Both the position numbers and the translations under genes were made by a program. DNA of 46,805 nt, taken from positions 1 to 46,805 of the forward strand of contig JBAZLP010000001.1 of the NCBI GenBank assembly GCA_041650235.1, read 5' to 3'. The stretch comes from Minisyncoccota bacterium. GTDB taxonomy: Bacteria > Patescibacteriota > Minisyncoccia > Minisyncoccales > Minisyncoccaceae. Shown one piece after another: positions 16,855 to 24,129 of the stretch. How positions within the stretch are numbered: position 1 is the stretch's first letter; every line of letters starts with the position of its first letter. The notes under the pieces were generated by a model, which was given only the letters and a program-made list of their open reading frames with translations, did not search any database and was not told the origin of the DNA.

Positions 16855-16872
16855 ATTGAAATAACTTTTCCG

Positions 16873-17034
16873 CTACATCAAAGCGGCGATGAACTTCCCG
16901 ATGTAGTACGGCCAGATGATTATGGCCAATACCCCCTGCCAGAAAGACAGGCCGAGGAAGCCGATCGTGAACAGCCATCCCGCGAACCAGGAAAAGGCTG
17001 TAAAGCTTTCGTTTTTTATCTTTATATCCTGCAT
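16873..17034 (-). CDS. 53-aa small membrane protein (conserved WLFTIGFL...IWPYYIG type); not in the ORF track
   Basis: Hand translation: MQDIKIKNESFTAFSWFAGWLFTIGFLGLSFWQGVLAIIIWPYYIGKFIAALM. The competing 72-aa track ORF (16820..17038) is basic, low-complexity and in another frame. Confidence 0.5.
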   Translation of the reverse strand: MQDIKIKNESFTAFSWFAGWLFTIGFLGLSFWQGVLAIIIWPYYIGKFIAALM

Positions 17035-17046
17035 GCATCTATTATA

Positions 17047-17406
17047 CTACCTCCCTCTATTCTTAATCAACCCCGCAATCAACGGAAGCGCAAATGTTAT
17101 GGCGTAATACGCATAAACATCGGGCTTGTAATAGGAAACCGAATTGAGAAGCTTGATTATGAAGAAATAGTCGAAAACGATGGCAATCAACGCCCAGGCG
17201 AAGGCCAGCTTGAAGTAATATCCGAACGAATCGCCTTTCACTTTCTTGAACAAAACCCAGAGGGCGATGATCGTCCCTATGGGCATGATAAACCAGCCGA
17301 TCTGATTCTGGGGAACGAATGTGAAAAAGACAAAACCCAGAACATATCCGACGAGCCAGAGAATGAATCCCCAACCCAAAGAATCTTTCAATAGTTGTTT
17401 GTTCAT
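17047..17406 (-). CDS. Hypothetical 4-TM membrane protein
   Basis: 119 aa with four hydrophobic helices. It lies in an operon with the neighbouring genes. Confidence 0.6.
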   Translation of the reverse strand: MNKQLLKDSLGWGFILWLVGYVLGFVFFTFVPQNQIGWFIMPIGTIIALWVLFKKVKGDSFGYYFKLAFAWALIAIVFDYFFIIKLLNSVSYYKPDVYAYYAITFALPLIAGLIKNRGR

Positions 17407-17417
17407 GTTTATTAACC

Positions 17418-18392
17418 TTAATATGTCTTAACGCAACGGAAACCCATGTATTCATGGTAGTCGGAAGGAGCGTTGAGGAAATCCAGCGTATATATCCCAG
17501 CCCTGTTTCCGTCTCCCCAGCTCCCGCCCCTCAAGAAAGCTTTTTCCCTCTCGCTGTTCGGCGAAAAAGCCAAGAATAATTTTCCTATGCCGTTTATCGA
17601 TCCGAGATTCTGGTTGGCCGACGATACATTTTCTTTTCCCACTAATCCGTAATCATCCAAAACATTGATCTCATACCATCCGCTATATGGAGGCTGATTG
17701 TTTTGCTTTATTGTATCACTCAACCACTCCCAAGCGTTTCCGGACATATCCCAGACTATGCTTCCGTTAGAAAGATATAGATACCTGGAATTGCTTCCGC
17801 TTGAAGCTCCGTCAAATCCGGAAACGACGTACTTATTGTCCGAATTCCCCCTGAACAGAACATTCTCGTTCCAATTCTGCTTTACGCTCTCGACATCTCT
17901 GGCAATAGCCATCCATTCGTCATTGGTAATCAGATGGTATCCTTCTCCCATGCCCGAGCAGGCGTTTTTCGATTCTTCCTGGGTAATGTTGACTATCGGG
18001 GCTCCGTCGGGCGAAGAAACCGCCGACAAAGTCGTGCAATCCGACCAATTGAAACTCTGTCCTCTCAACAGCCCCTCTTCGTTGGAATAGTCGCCGATAT
18101 TGTCTTTATCGGTATCGCATTTGGCTTCATATGTCATGACGCAGAAATAATTTTTCCCCGACAAAGTTGAATTTTCTTTATCGAAGAAATAAGCGTTGTT
18201 TCCGTTCTTTTCCACCATCGTATATCCGTTCGGGCAACTGGGAGAGGGAACCGGCTCAACGATTCGTTCTTCCGTTTTAACCTGAGTGATGTCCTGCTTA
18301 TAGGTATAAAAATAATCGTAACCCAAAACGACGAGAGACAAAACGGCTATTCCTATCATCAACGCTATGCCGGGAGCATTTTGATTGTCCAT
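17418..18392 (-). CDS. Membrane-anchored FGE-sulfatase (SUMF1/EgtB/PvdO, C-type-lectin fold) domain protein
   Basis: N-terminal TM helix. C-terminal motifs: WDMSGNAWEWLSD, LRGGSWGD, MGFRCV. Confidence 0.8.
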   Translation of the reverse strand: MDNQNAPGIALMIGIAVLSLVVLGYDYFYTYKQDITQVKTEERIVEPVPSPSCPNGYTMVEKNGNNAYFFDKENSTLSGKNYFCVMTYEAKCDTDKDNIGDYSNEEGLLRGQSFNWSDCTTLSAVSSPDGAPIVNITQEESKNACSGMGEGYHLITNDEWMAIARDVESVKQNWNENVLFRGNSDNKYVVSGFDGASSGSNSRYLYLSNGSIVWDMSGNAWEWLSDTIKQNNQPPYSGWYEINVLDDYGLVGKENVSSANQNLGSINGIGKLFLAFSPNSEREKAFLRGGSWGDGNRAGIYTLDFLNAPSDYHEYMGFRCVKTY

Positions 18393-18415
18393 ATTTTTAT
18401 TTATTTATTCACTAC

Positions 18416-18461
18416 ATTATACCACGGAAAAGTTGACAAATAAAATTGTCGATGGTATTAG
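18416..18461. promoter_or_regulatory. Divergent promoter region
   Basis: Minus strand: extended -10 TGGTATAAT (18416-18424), 23 nt from ATG 18392. Plus strand: TTGACA (18433-18438), a 17-nt spacer, then TGGTATTAG (-10 at 18456-18461). An AAGAGGA SD lies 5 nt from ATG 18488. Confidence 0.45.
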
Positions 18462-18487
18462 GGAACCAGCTAATAAAAGAGGATTGC

Positions 18488-18691
18488 ATGGCAAGGAAAC
18501 TGATGAAGCTGGCTATGGCAACAGGGCTCATCGCTCTTGTCGCCTGCATCGCTGTCGAATGGCAGATATTCAATCTATTCCGAAAAGAACTGGGGATGAT
18601 TGTCTTTCTGAGCGGGATTAATATTTTCGTCATTCTGGGCATATCGACCTTCGTCTACGAAAGAGTCTCCCGGAATGTTGTGGAAAATTAG
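18488..18691 (+). CDS. Small 2-TM membrane protein (67 aa), one of only two plus-strand genes
   Basis: MARKLMKLAMATGLIALVACIAVEW... It has its own promoter, an SD (AAGAGGA) and a strong terminator right after the stop. Confidence 0.55.
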   Translation: MARKLMKLAMATGLIALVACIAVEWQIFNLFRKELGMIVFLSGINIFVILGISTFVYERVSRNVVEN

Positions 18692-18692
18692 C

Positions 18693-18716
18693 AAGAGACA
18701 TCTGTCTCTTTTTTTT
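18693..18716. terminator. Bidirectional rho-independent terminator between convergent genes
   Basis: AAGAGAC-ATCT-GTCTCTT followed by TTTTTT on the plus strand. An A-run precedes it, so it also serves rsgA on the minus strand. Confidence 0.65.
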
Positions 18717-18725
18717 GCAAAAACC

Positions 18726-19802
18726 CTATTCGTATTTCTTCAAATCTTCCTTGGCCCTCTTGATGAACTTTCCGAAATTGCGGTCTTTCTCCCTCTTTTC
18801 CAAATCGGACATCTCATAATAGTCGGATTCCTTTTTGATATTCATGTAATTATTGTATCTTTCCTCATCTATCTTTCCTTCTTTCACGGCTTTCAAGACC
18901 ATGCAGCCGGGCTCGCTAAAATGGGTGCAGTTATTGTATTTGCAGCCCTTTCCCAGCTCGATAATATCTTCGAACAGGTCTTCTATTCCCGAACTGACAT
19001 CAGCTAATCCCACTTCCCTTATGCCCGGATTGTCTATGACTATCCCTCCGCTCTTCAAAAAATACATCTCCCGGCTCGTGGTGGTGTGCCTTCCTCTTCC
19101 GCTGTATCCGCTTATCTCCCCGGTCTTGATGGAATCTTCCCCGATCAGCTTGTTGATCAAGGATGACTTCCCCACTCCGGAAGAACCGAGAAAACAATAT
19201 GTCTTCCCTTTTTCTATATACATCCTCAACTGATCGATTCCCGCCTCGTTGAATGCGCTGGTTGAAATGACATCCGCGTTGTCGAATCTTTCCTTTATTT
19301 CCGAAATTATTGCCTCAAGCTGTTCTCCGGGAATCAAATCGGTCTTGTTCAAAATGATGACCGGCCTTATCCCCTGGTCTTTGAGTATGGCGAAATACCT
19401 CTCGAAACGGTTCAAGCTGTAGTCACGGTCCACGGACTCGACAACGAAAGCTACGTCTATGTTCGCTCCGATGATCTGGATGTCTCCCTTGTTCCCGGTC
19501 CTGTTCTTGTCCCCGTATTTCCTCTTTATCACCGTCTTCCTCGGCAATATCCCGTTGATCACGGCCTGGTCTTCCCCCAGTTCGGTTATCATGACCCAGT
19601 CCCCGACGGCCGGATAATCCTCCCTCGACGAAGCGTCGAACATCTGCCTCCCCGTTATCTTTGCCAAGAATCTTCCGTTCTGATTGACGACTTCATACGA
19701 ACCTCTGTGTTCGGATGCAATCCTTGCAACCGAAAAACCCCCCGGTCTCTTGGATTCGAAAAACTGATCATATCCCAAATCTTCTAACCTTAATCCGTTC
19801 AT
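18726..19802 (-). CDS. rsgA: Ribosome small-subunit-dependent GTPase A
   Basis: Circularly permuted GTPase motifs NKTDL ... GSSGVGKSSLINKL ... GRGRHTT ... DNPG. C-terminal zinc knuckle CKYNNCTHFSEPGC. The start is taken at MNGLRLEDLG (ATG 19802). Confidence 0.9.
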   Translation of the reverse strand: MNGLRLEDLGYDQFFESKRPGGFSVARIASEHRGSYEVVNQNGRFLAKITGRQMFDASSREDYPAVGDWVMITELGEDQAVINGILPRKTVIKRKYGDKNRTGNKGDIQIIGANIDVAFVVESVDRDYSLNRFERYFAILKDQGIRPVIILNKTDLIPGEQLEAIISEIKERFDNADVISTSAFNEAGIDQLRMYIEKGKTYCFLGSSGVGKSSLINKLIGEDSIKTGEISGYSGRGRHTTTSREMYFLKSGGIVIDNPGIREVGLADVSSGIEDLFEDIIELGKGCKYNNCTHFSEPGCMVLKAVKEGKIDEERYNNYMNIKKESDYYEMSDLEKREKDRNFGKFIKRAKEDLKKYE

Positions 19803-19825
19803 ATATATAATATATATCACAAACT

Positions 19826-19850
19826 AAAAACCGGCAAAAGTCGGTTTCAG
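19826..19850 (-). terminator. Terminator hairpin (AAACCGAC-TTTT-GCCGGTTT + TT), copy 1 of a 4-member terminator/promoter module
   Basis: Read on the minus strand. It is followed by TGATATATA-TTATATAT-ATG (rsgA). Confidence 0.55.
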
Positions 19851-19899
19851 TTTTAGTTTATATTATGAGACTAATTTGAGGCTTTTTTCTAGTAATGAT

Positions 19900-20493
19900 T
19901 TAATTGGTAAATTTAAGGGTGGAAAGAATTTTATCATAAATTGGCATAAGATATTTATAATCTTCCGTCCTTATCCTATAACTAATTTGGTTCCACTGCC
20001 CCCAATTTATTCCCTCGATGTCTCCAATGTGAATTGCTTTAGAGTAGTATAGAACAGACAAACAAGGAGGGCCACAATGATATTCTTTAGCTTGTTTGTT
20101 GGCAAAAACAACATCTTTAAATGATCCTGATATCTTTTCTGGATTATCAACGTAATCGAATGGGCTATCAGTACCAACATTGACTGGATCGATTGCAATC
20201 CTCATATCTCGCTTATCATTCTCAAAGCCTTTAGGCATTATCTGAATACCATTATCTTCGGGAATAATTAAATGATTTATCTCAATAACCCAATCTGGTG
20301 GATATTTAATTTCGTACTTACATTCTTCATTTTTATAAGTCTTCCAATCGGCCATATCATCTATGGCCGCATTTTCTTTATTTGTATTAAAATTTTCTTG
20401 ACCGCCTTTATTTATTAAAAAATAACTAATAAATCCTATCAAAAAAACAATTAAAAAAGTAGTGACTAATTTTCTATTCATATTCATATTCAT
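19900..20493 (-). CDS. Hypothetical membrane-anchored/secreted protein in an AT-rich one-gene insert
   Basis: MNMNMNRKLVTTFLIVFLIGFISYFLI (signal anchor). No motif recognised. The track ORF start (20526) lies inside the upstream terminator, so the start is moved to ATG 20493. Confidence 0.6.
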   Translation of the reverse strand: MNMNMNRKLVTTFLIVFLIGFISYFLINKGGQENFNTNKENAAIDDMADWKTYKNEECKYEIKYPPDWVIEINHLIIPEDNGIQIMPKGFENDKRDMRIAIDPVNVGTDSPFDYVDNPEKISGSFKDVVFANKQAKEYHCGPPCLSVLYYSKAIHIGDIEGINWGQWNQISYRIRTEDYKYLMPIYDKILSTLKFTN

Positions 20494-20499
20494 ATTGAT

Positions 20500-20536
20500 A
20501 TTATACCACAAATCAAAAACCGGCAAAAGCCGGTTT
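20500..20536 (-). promoter_or_regulatory. Terminator hairpin (20512-20536) plus extended -10 TGGTATAAT (20500-20508) placed 6 nt from ATG 20493
   Basis: The minus strand reads AAACCGGC-TTTT-GCCGGTTT TTGATTTG TGGTATAAT ATCAAT ATG. This is module copy 2. Confidence 0.55.
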
Positions 20537-20542
20537 CCATTA

Positions 20543-21726
20543 TTAAACGAAAGTTATCGCTTCTCCCTTCTTGTTTCCTCTTCCCGTTCTTCCGATCCTG
20601 TGCACGTAGTCATCATATGTGGCCGGGATATCGTAGTTGATGACGTGGCTCACATTGTTTATGTCCAAACCTCTCGCCGCCACGTCGGTCGCAACCAATA
20701 CTTTGACAGTTCCCGCCTTAAAGCAATCGATCGCCCTCTTCCTTCTCGACAGGTTCTTGTCCCCGTGGATCGACTCAGCCATGAAACCCCTTTTGATCAG
20801 AGCTTTGGCGATCTTTTCCACCCCGTATTTGGTCCTTCCGAAAACAAGGACTTTCTTGAATTCTTCCTTGCTCAGATACTCGCAGAGAACATCTATCTTT
20901 TTAGTCGGGTCTCCAACCTTGACTATATCCGGTTGACATTGGCCGATGATTCCTTCTTCTTTACCGAAATCTTTTCCGGATTCTTCAAGAACTGGTTCGA
21001 CAGTTTTTCTATCTCTTCGGGCAGGGTCGCTGAAAAAAGCAGAGCTTGCTTTGCCTCAGGCATCTGTCCTATCAGGAACTTCATGTCCCCGATAAAGCCC
21101 ATGTCGAGCATCCTGTCGGCCTCGTCTAAGACTATCGTCTGGAATGAAGCCATGTTCAGGGCTTTCCTCTGGACCAGATCCTTGATCCTTCCCGGAGTTC
21201 CGATGACGAAATTATTGCTCCTCCTGGTATCCCTCAATTGCCTCCCGATATTCGTTCCGCCTATGCAGAGAAGCGGGAACAGATGCAGCCCGGGAGTGAA
21301 ATCGTTGAATTCCTTTTCTATCTGGAAAGCCAATTCCCTGGTCGGAACGATAATGATGGTTTTGTTCTTCTTGTCCTTTAGGGATTTATTGATCGCCGGT
21401 ATCAAAAAGGCGGCCGTTTTTCCCGTTCCGGTATTGGCTATGCCGACTACATCCCTCCCTTTCAGAATCAGAGGGATTATCTTGTCCTGGATCGGGGTCG
21501 GTTCGCGATATCCCTTGCGGATGATGTTATTCTTCAGCCGGCTGTCTATTTCAAAGTCATCGAACAGGTGCTCCGGGGTATAAACATCGTTTTCGGCGGG
21601 AACCGCTTTCTGGACGAACTTGGCTGTATCTATCCTGGATGCCGAAAAACCTTTCTTTTGAGGAAAGCTCTTCTTGCCGAATCGGGAACGATTATTGAAT
21701 TTTCTACCTTTGAATCTTTTTTGCAT
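20543..21726 (-). pseudogene. DEAD-box ATP-dependent RNA helicase interrupted by a single frameshift near 20926-20935 (pseudogene, programmed shift or sequencing error)
   Basis: The N-terminal ORF carries the Q motif (YREPTPIQ), ANTGTGKTAAF, PTRELA, VLDEADRMLDMGF and SAT. It ends SANVNRI* at 20923. The -1 frame continues directly as PDIVKVGDPTKKIDVLCEYLSKEEFKKVLVFGRTKYGVEKIAKAL...HRIGRTGRG. Confidence 0.65.
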
Positions 21727-21799
21727 ATTATTAAAAAAACGGATCCCCTCCAATACGGAGAATCCGCCCTCGTATCTCAATATCTATGTCCAAACCATA

Positions 21800-22405
21800 T
21801 CATTTTTTTGTCCGTTTGTCAATCTTTTTATCGGCTCTTTTCTTCTTTTCAACCGTCTTTTTAGGCTTCTTCGCCTTCTTCTTGGTCTCGGCTTCGGGAA
21901 GATCATCCTCTTTGGGCTGGCTGGAAGAAGACAATAGCTTGATAATGGTGTCTAATTTGGCATTCAATGACTCAAGCTGATCCTTGTAGTCGGTCTTTTC
22001 CGAAGAACCTCCTTTTTCAAAACATTCTTTGCAATAGACGGCCCTTTCTCCGGTCGGCTTAAAGGGGAGCTCGAAATGCCTTCCGCACTTGTCGCAGACC
22101 GCGTCAAACATTGTCTTATCCTGGAACCTGCGATTTCCTCCGTCTCTCCTTGATCCCGGTCTTTCTCGATTGGAATCACCGCCCCGGCTGTTAAAACATT
22201 GGCTGCAAAAGACCGGCTTGTCTCCTGTCGGCCTGAAAGGAAGTTCGCACCTCTTTCCGCACTCGCTGCACGTCGCCTCATACATCTGAGGCCTTCCCCC
22301 GTCCCGCCTTCCAAAATCTCGCTTTGCGGGGCCCCTCCTCTTGAAATCGGACTCGCTGGCGCTGTTCCTTTTCTCGCGGTCGAAGATATTGTTGAAGTTT
22401 TTCAT
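21800..22405 (-). CDS. Duplicated CxxC-x17-CxxC zinc-ribbon protein with a Lys-rich tail
   Basis: Two repeats: CSECGKRCELPFRPTGDKPVFCSQCF and CDKCGRHFELPFKPTGERAVYCKECF. RG-rich linkers and a KKKAKKPKK tail. The start is taken at MKNFNNIF (ATG 22405), 9 nt downstream of a TATAAT (22415-22420). Confidence 0.7.
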   Translation of the reverse strand: MKNFNNIFDREKRNSASESDFKRRGPAKRDFGRRDGGRPQMYEATCSECGKRCELPFRPTGDKPVFCSQCFNSRGGDSNRERPGSRRDGGNRRFQDKTMFDAVCDKCGRHFELPFKPTGERAVYCKECFEKGGSSEKTDYKDQLESLNAKLDTIIKLLSSSSQPKEDDLPEAETKKKAKKPKKTVEKKKRADKKIDKRTKK

Positions 22406-22495
22406 ATTGGGGCTATTATAGGCCATATCGGGATATAAAGCAAACGAAAAACCGCTAAACAACTAGAATCGATAATCAGCGAGTAAAGAGATTCT

Positions 22496-23239
22496 CTATT
22501 TTGTTAATTCAACCATTAAGCTTTCGAGAGGTATTCCGTTATATTGCTTCTTGCTTATTTCTTTATTTTCGTGCAATATCCTTATCTTAAATCCCGCTTG
22601 TCCTATTTTATCCAAATAATCGTCCTTTAATAGGGCTCCGGCCACGCATCCCGATATCAGGCCTTCGTTATTTCTCTGTTCTTCCGTGAGCTCTTCCAGT
22701 AAAACGATATCCGAAAGATATATTCTGCCTCCCGGCTTCAAAACCCTGTATGCTTCGCTGAACGTCTTGGCTTTATCGGGAGTCAGATTGATGACGCAAT
22801 TCGTGATGATCGTATCAACCGAATTGTCTTCGAGGGGCAGATTTTCTATTTCCCCCAAAATGAATTTCGCATTCTTGATTCCCAGTTTCTTGGTGTTTTC
22901 CCTGGCTCTCTCTATCATCTCTTCGGTCATATCCACTCCGATTACTCTTCCCTTTTCTCCCACTCTTCTAGCGGCTAAAATTGCGTCTATTCCCGCTCCC
23001 GATCCCAGATCCAGGACAACATCTCCTTCTTTTATCTTTCCGAGGGCTAGGGGGTTTCCGCAACCCAGCCCGAGATTAGCCTCTCCGACAATGCTCAATT
23101 CTTCCGCAGAATAACCTATGGTCTTGGAGACATCTTCAGCGTTTTTGCATCCGCAATTGCAACCGCAACCAGAATCGCCTATGGCTATCTTCTTATACGC
23201 GTCTTTGACTATTTTTTTTATTTCCTTGTCTTCTTTCAT
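22496..23239 (-). CDS. arsM: Arsenite S-adenosylmethionine methyltransferase-like (ArsM family)
   Basis: N-terminal Cys cluster GCGCNCGC. Also LGLGCGNP, the SAM motif VLDLGSGAGID, VIGVDMT, NCVINL and a later GC Cys. This is the ArsM-type layout. Confidence 0.7.
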   Translation of the reverse strand: MKEDKEIKKIVKDAYKKIAIGDSGCGCNCGCKNAEDVSKTIGYSAEELSIVGEANLGLGCGNPLALGKIKEGDVVLDLGSGAGIDAILAARRVGEKGRVIGVDMTEEMIERARENTKKLGIKNAKFILGEIENLPLEDNSVDTIITNCVINLTPDKAKTFSEAYRVLKPGGRIYLSDIVLLEELTEEQRNNEGLISGCVAGALLKDDYLDKIGQAGFKIRILHENKEISKKQYNGIPLESLMVELTK

Positions 23240-23295
23240 AATTAATATTTTATTTAAAATAGAACTAGCAATAAATCTCTCGCTACTTTTTTATA

Positions 23296-23328
23296 TTGGC
23301 TCGGGAGGTGGAACGAACTTGGAACCTT
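23296..23328 (-). repeat. tRNA-3'-end-like repeat, copy 1 (island distal boundary)
   Basis: Plus strand: ttggctcgggaggtggaacgaacttggaacctt, immediately 3' of the HIT gene stop. Confidence 0.7.
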
Positions 23329-23330
23329 CT

Positions 23331-23714
23331 TTAGTAATTTCCCTTTCCTGGGATCACATTCCTAACACCACCACGAGGATTTTCCACGTCGCCCTTGTAG
23401 CGAGGTATTAAATGTATATGCAGATGCTGAATTGTTCTACCAGCCGCTTCGCCTTCATTAATGCCAATGTTATAGCTATCTGGATTAAATTTATCATCGA
23501 TTATCAGTCTTGTTTTTTGGAGTAATTCGTAAAAATCAGCAAGCTGCTTACTCGTGAGTTCGAAAAATGACACGATATGGTTTTTTGCAATTATTTCACA
23601 ATGCCCGGGAGTTACAGGAAAATCATCGTATCTTGAAAAGAAACTTTGGTTATCGATAATAATTTTATCGTCTTTTTTCTTTTGAATTTCGCAAAAAAAG
23701 CAGTCTTTTTCCAT
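23331..23714 (-). CDS. HIT (histidine triad) family nucleotide hydrolase/transferase
   Basis: QHLHIHLIPR is the HxHxHxx triad. An upstream CFFC zinc-like motif is present. Length 127 aa. Confidence 0.85.
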   Translation of the reverse strand: MEKDCFFCEIQKKKDDKIIIDNQSFFSRYDDFPVTPGHCEIIAKNHIVSFFELTSKQLADFYELLQKTRLIIDDKFNPDSYNIGINEGEAAGRTIQHLHIHLIPRYKGDVENPRGGVRNVIPGKGNY

Positions 23715-23719
23715 GGTTT

Positions 23720-24022
23720 TTATGACTCATCAAGAATTATTTTATCTTTAAACTTACCCCTTTCCTCTGCCTTTTTATTTTTAATTGCTTCTAATTCTTC
23801 TTTGCTAAAATTCTTGAAATTTATTATGGCATCAATAACTTCTAAGATATCTGCCATTTCTTCAGCGTTTTCGTCTTGTATGAATTCATTTACCTCTTCT
23901 TGCAACTTTTCCTTTAATTTCTGCCAGTATTCTTTGTCGTCGGCAATATGAGTAATGGGAATACTCCCCTTGCTTTTAATTATTTCTGGAATTCTATCTC
24001 TGACTAATTTATTGTACCTCAT
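23720..24022 (-). CDS. MazG-like/PRA-PH-like all-alpha NTP pyrophosphohydrolase
   Basis: YNKLVRDRIPEII N-terminus, with EE..E and EEMADILEV acidic helices typical of the house-cleaning NTP-PPase family. Length 100 aa. Confidence 0.6.
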   Translation of the reverse strand: MRYNKLVRDRIPEIIKSKGSIPITHIADDKEYWQKLKEKLQEEVNEFIQDENAEEMADILEVIDAIINFKNFSKEELEAIKNKKAEERGKFKDKIILDES

Positions 24023-24028
24023 GTCTTT

Positions 24029-24037
24029 ATCTTACCA
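24029..24037 (-). promoter_or_regulatory. Extended -10 (TGGTAAGAT) 6 nt upstream of ATG 24022
   Basis: The minus strand reads TGGTAAGAT-AAAGAC-ATG. Confidence 0.4.
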
Positions 24038-24065
24038 AAAAACCACTTTAATTAAAAGGCGGCTT

Positions 24066-24099
24066 GACGACTCGGAAGATACAACAAGCTTGGAACCTT
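24066..24099 (-). repeat. tRNA-3'-end-like repeat, copy 2
   Basis: Plus strand: gacgactcggaagatacaacaagcttggaacctt, about 30 nt 3' of the hydrolase stop. Confidence 0.6.
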
Positions 24100-24129
24100 T
24101 TTAATTTCAATGCCTGGTTATTAATATAT

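Noticed and set aside
16820-17038. 72-aa minus-strand ORF (MHAGYKDKKRKLYS...)
   Set aside because: It has basic low-complexity sequence and overlaps the start of the downstream gene by 35 nt. The +1-shifted 53-aa hydrophobic ORF (16873-17034) fits the intergenic space and resembles a known small-membrane-protein family.
17063-17455. 130-aa alternative frame overlapping the 119-aa membrane protein and the FGE gene end
   Set aside because: It is Arg/His-rich with no helices or motifs, whereas the 17047-17406 frame gives four clean TM helices.
17418-18392. FGE-sulfatase/C-type-lectin-fold protein as a diversity-generating retroelement (DGR) target. Its C-terminus (RGGSWGDGNRAGIYTLDF...GFRCV) looks like a DGR variable region scaffold, and DGRs are common in CPR.
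   Set aside because: There is no reverse transcriptase gene, and I could find no template-repeat copy of the 17418-17560 segment anywhere in the window. It remains worth checking in the full genome, but it is unsupported here.
20462-21583. 373-aa plus-strand ORF antisense to the DEAD-box helicase. The same situation applies to 5328-6125 and 5728-6225 (antisense to pgk), 32299-33033 (antisense to rpoD), 36084-36779 (antisense to GT2), 35226-35792 (antisense to htrA) and 41253-41948 (antisense to comEC).
   Set aside because: All lie fully within strongly supported minus-strand genes, have no motifs and begin at arbitrary internal positions. They are treated as shadow ORFs.
21964-22314. 116-aa alternative frame inside the zinc-ribbon gene. 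Similar alternative frames occur at 39939-40442 inside the GT-B gene, 4554-4766 inside the DHH gene, and 2425-2670/2773-2967 inside the pilin gene.
   Set aside because: They are Arg/Gly-rich out-of-frame readings of GC-richer coding DNA. The primary frames carry the recognisable motifs.
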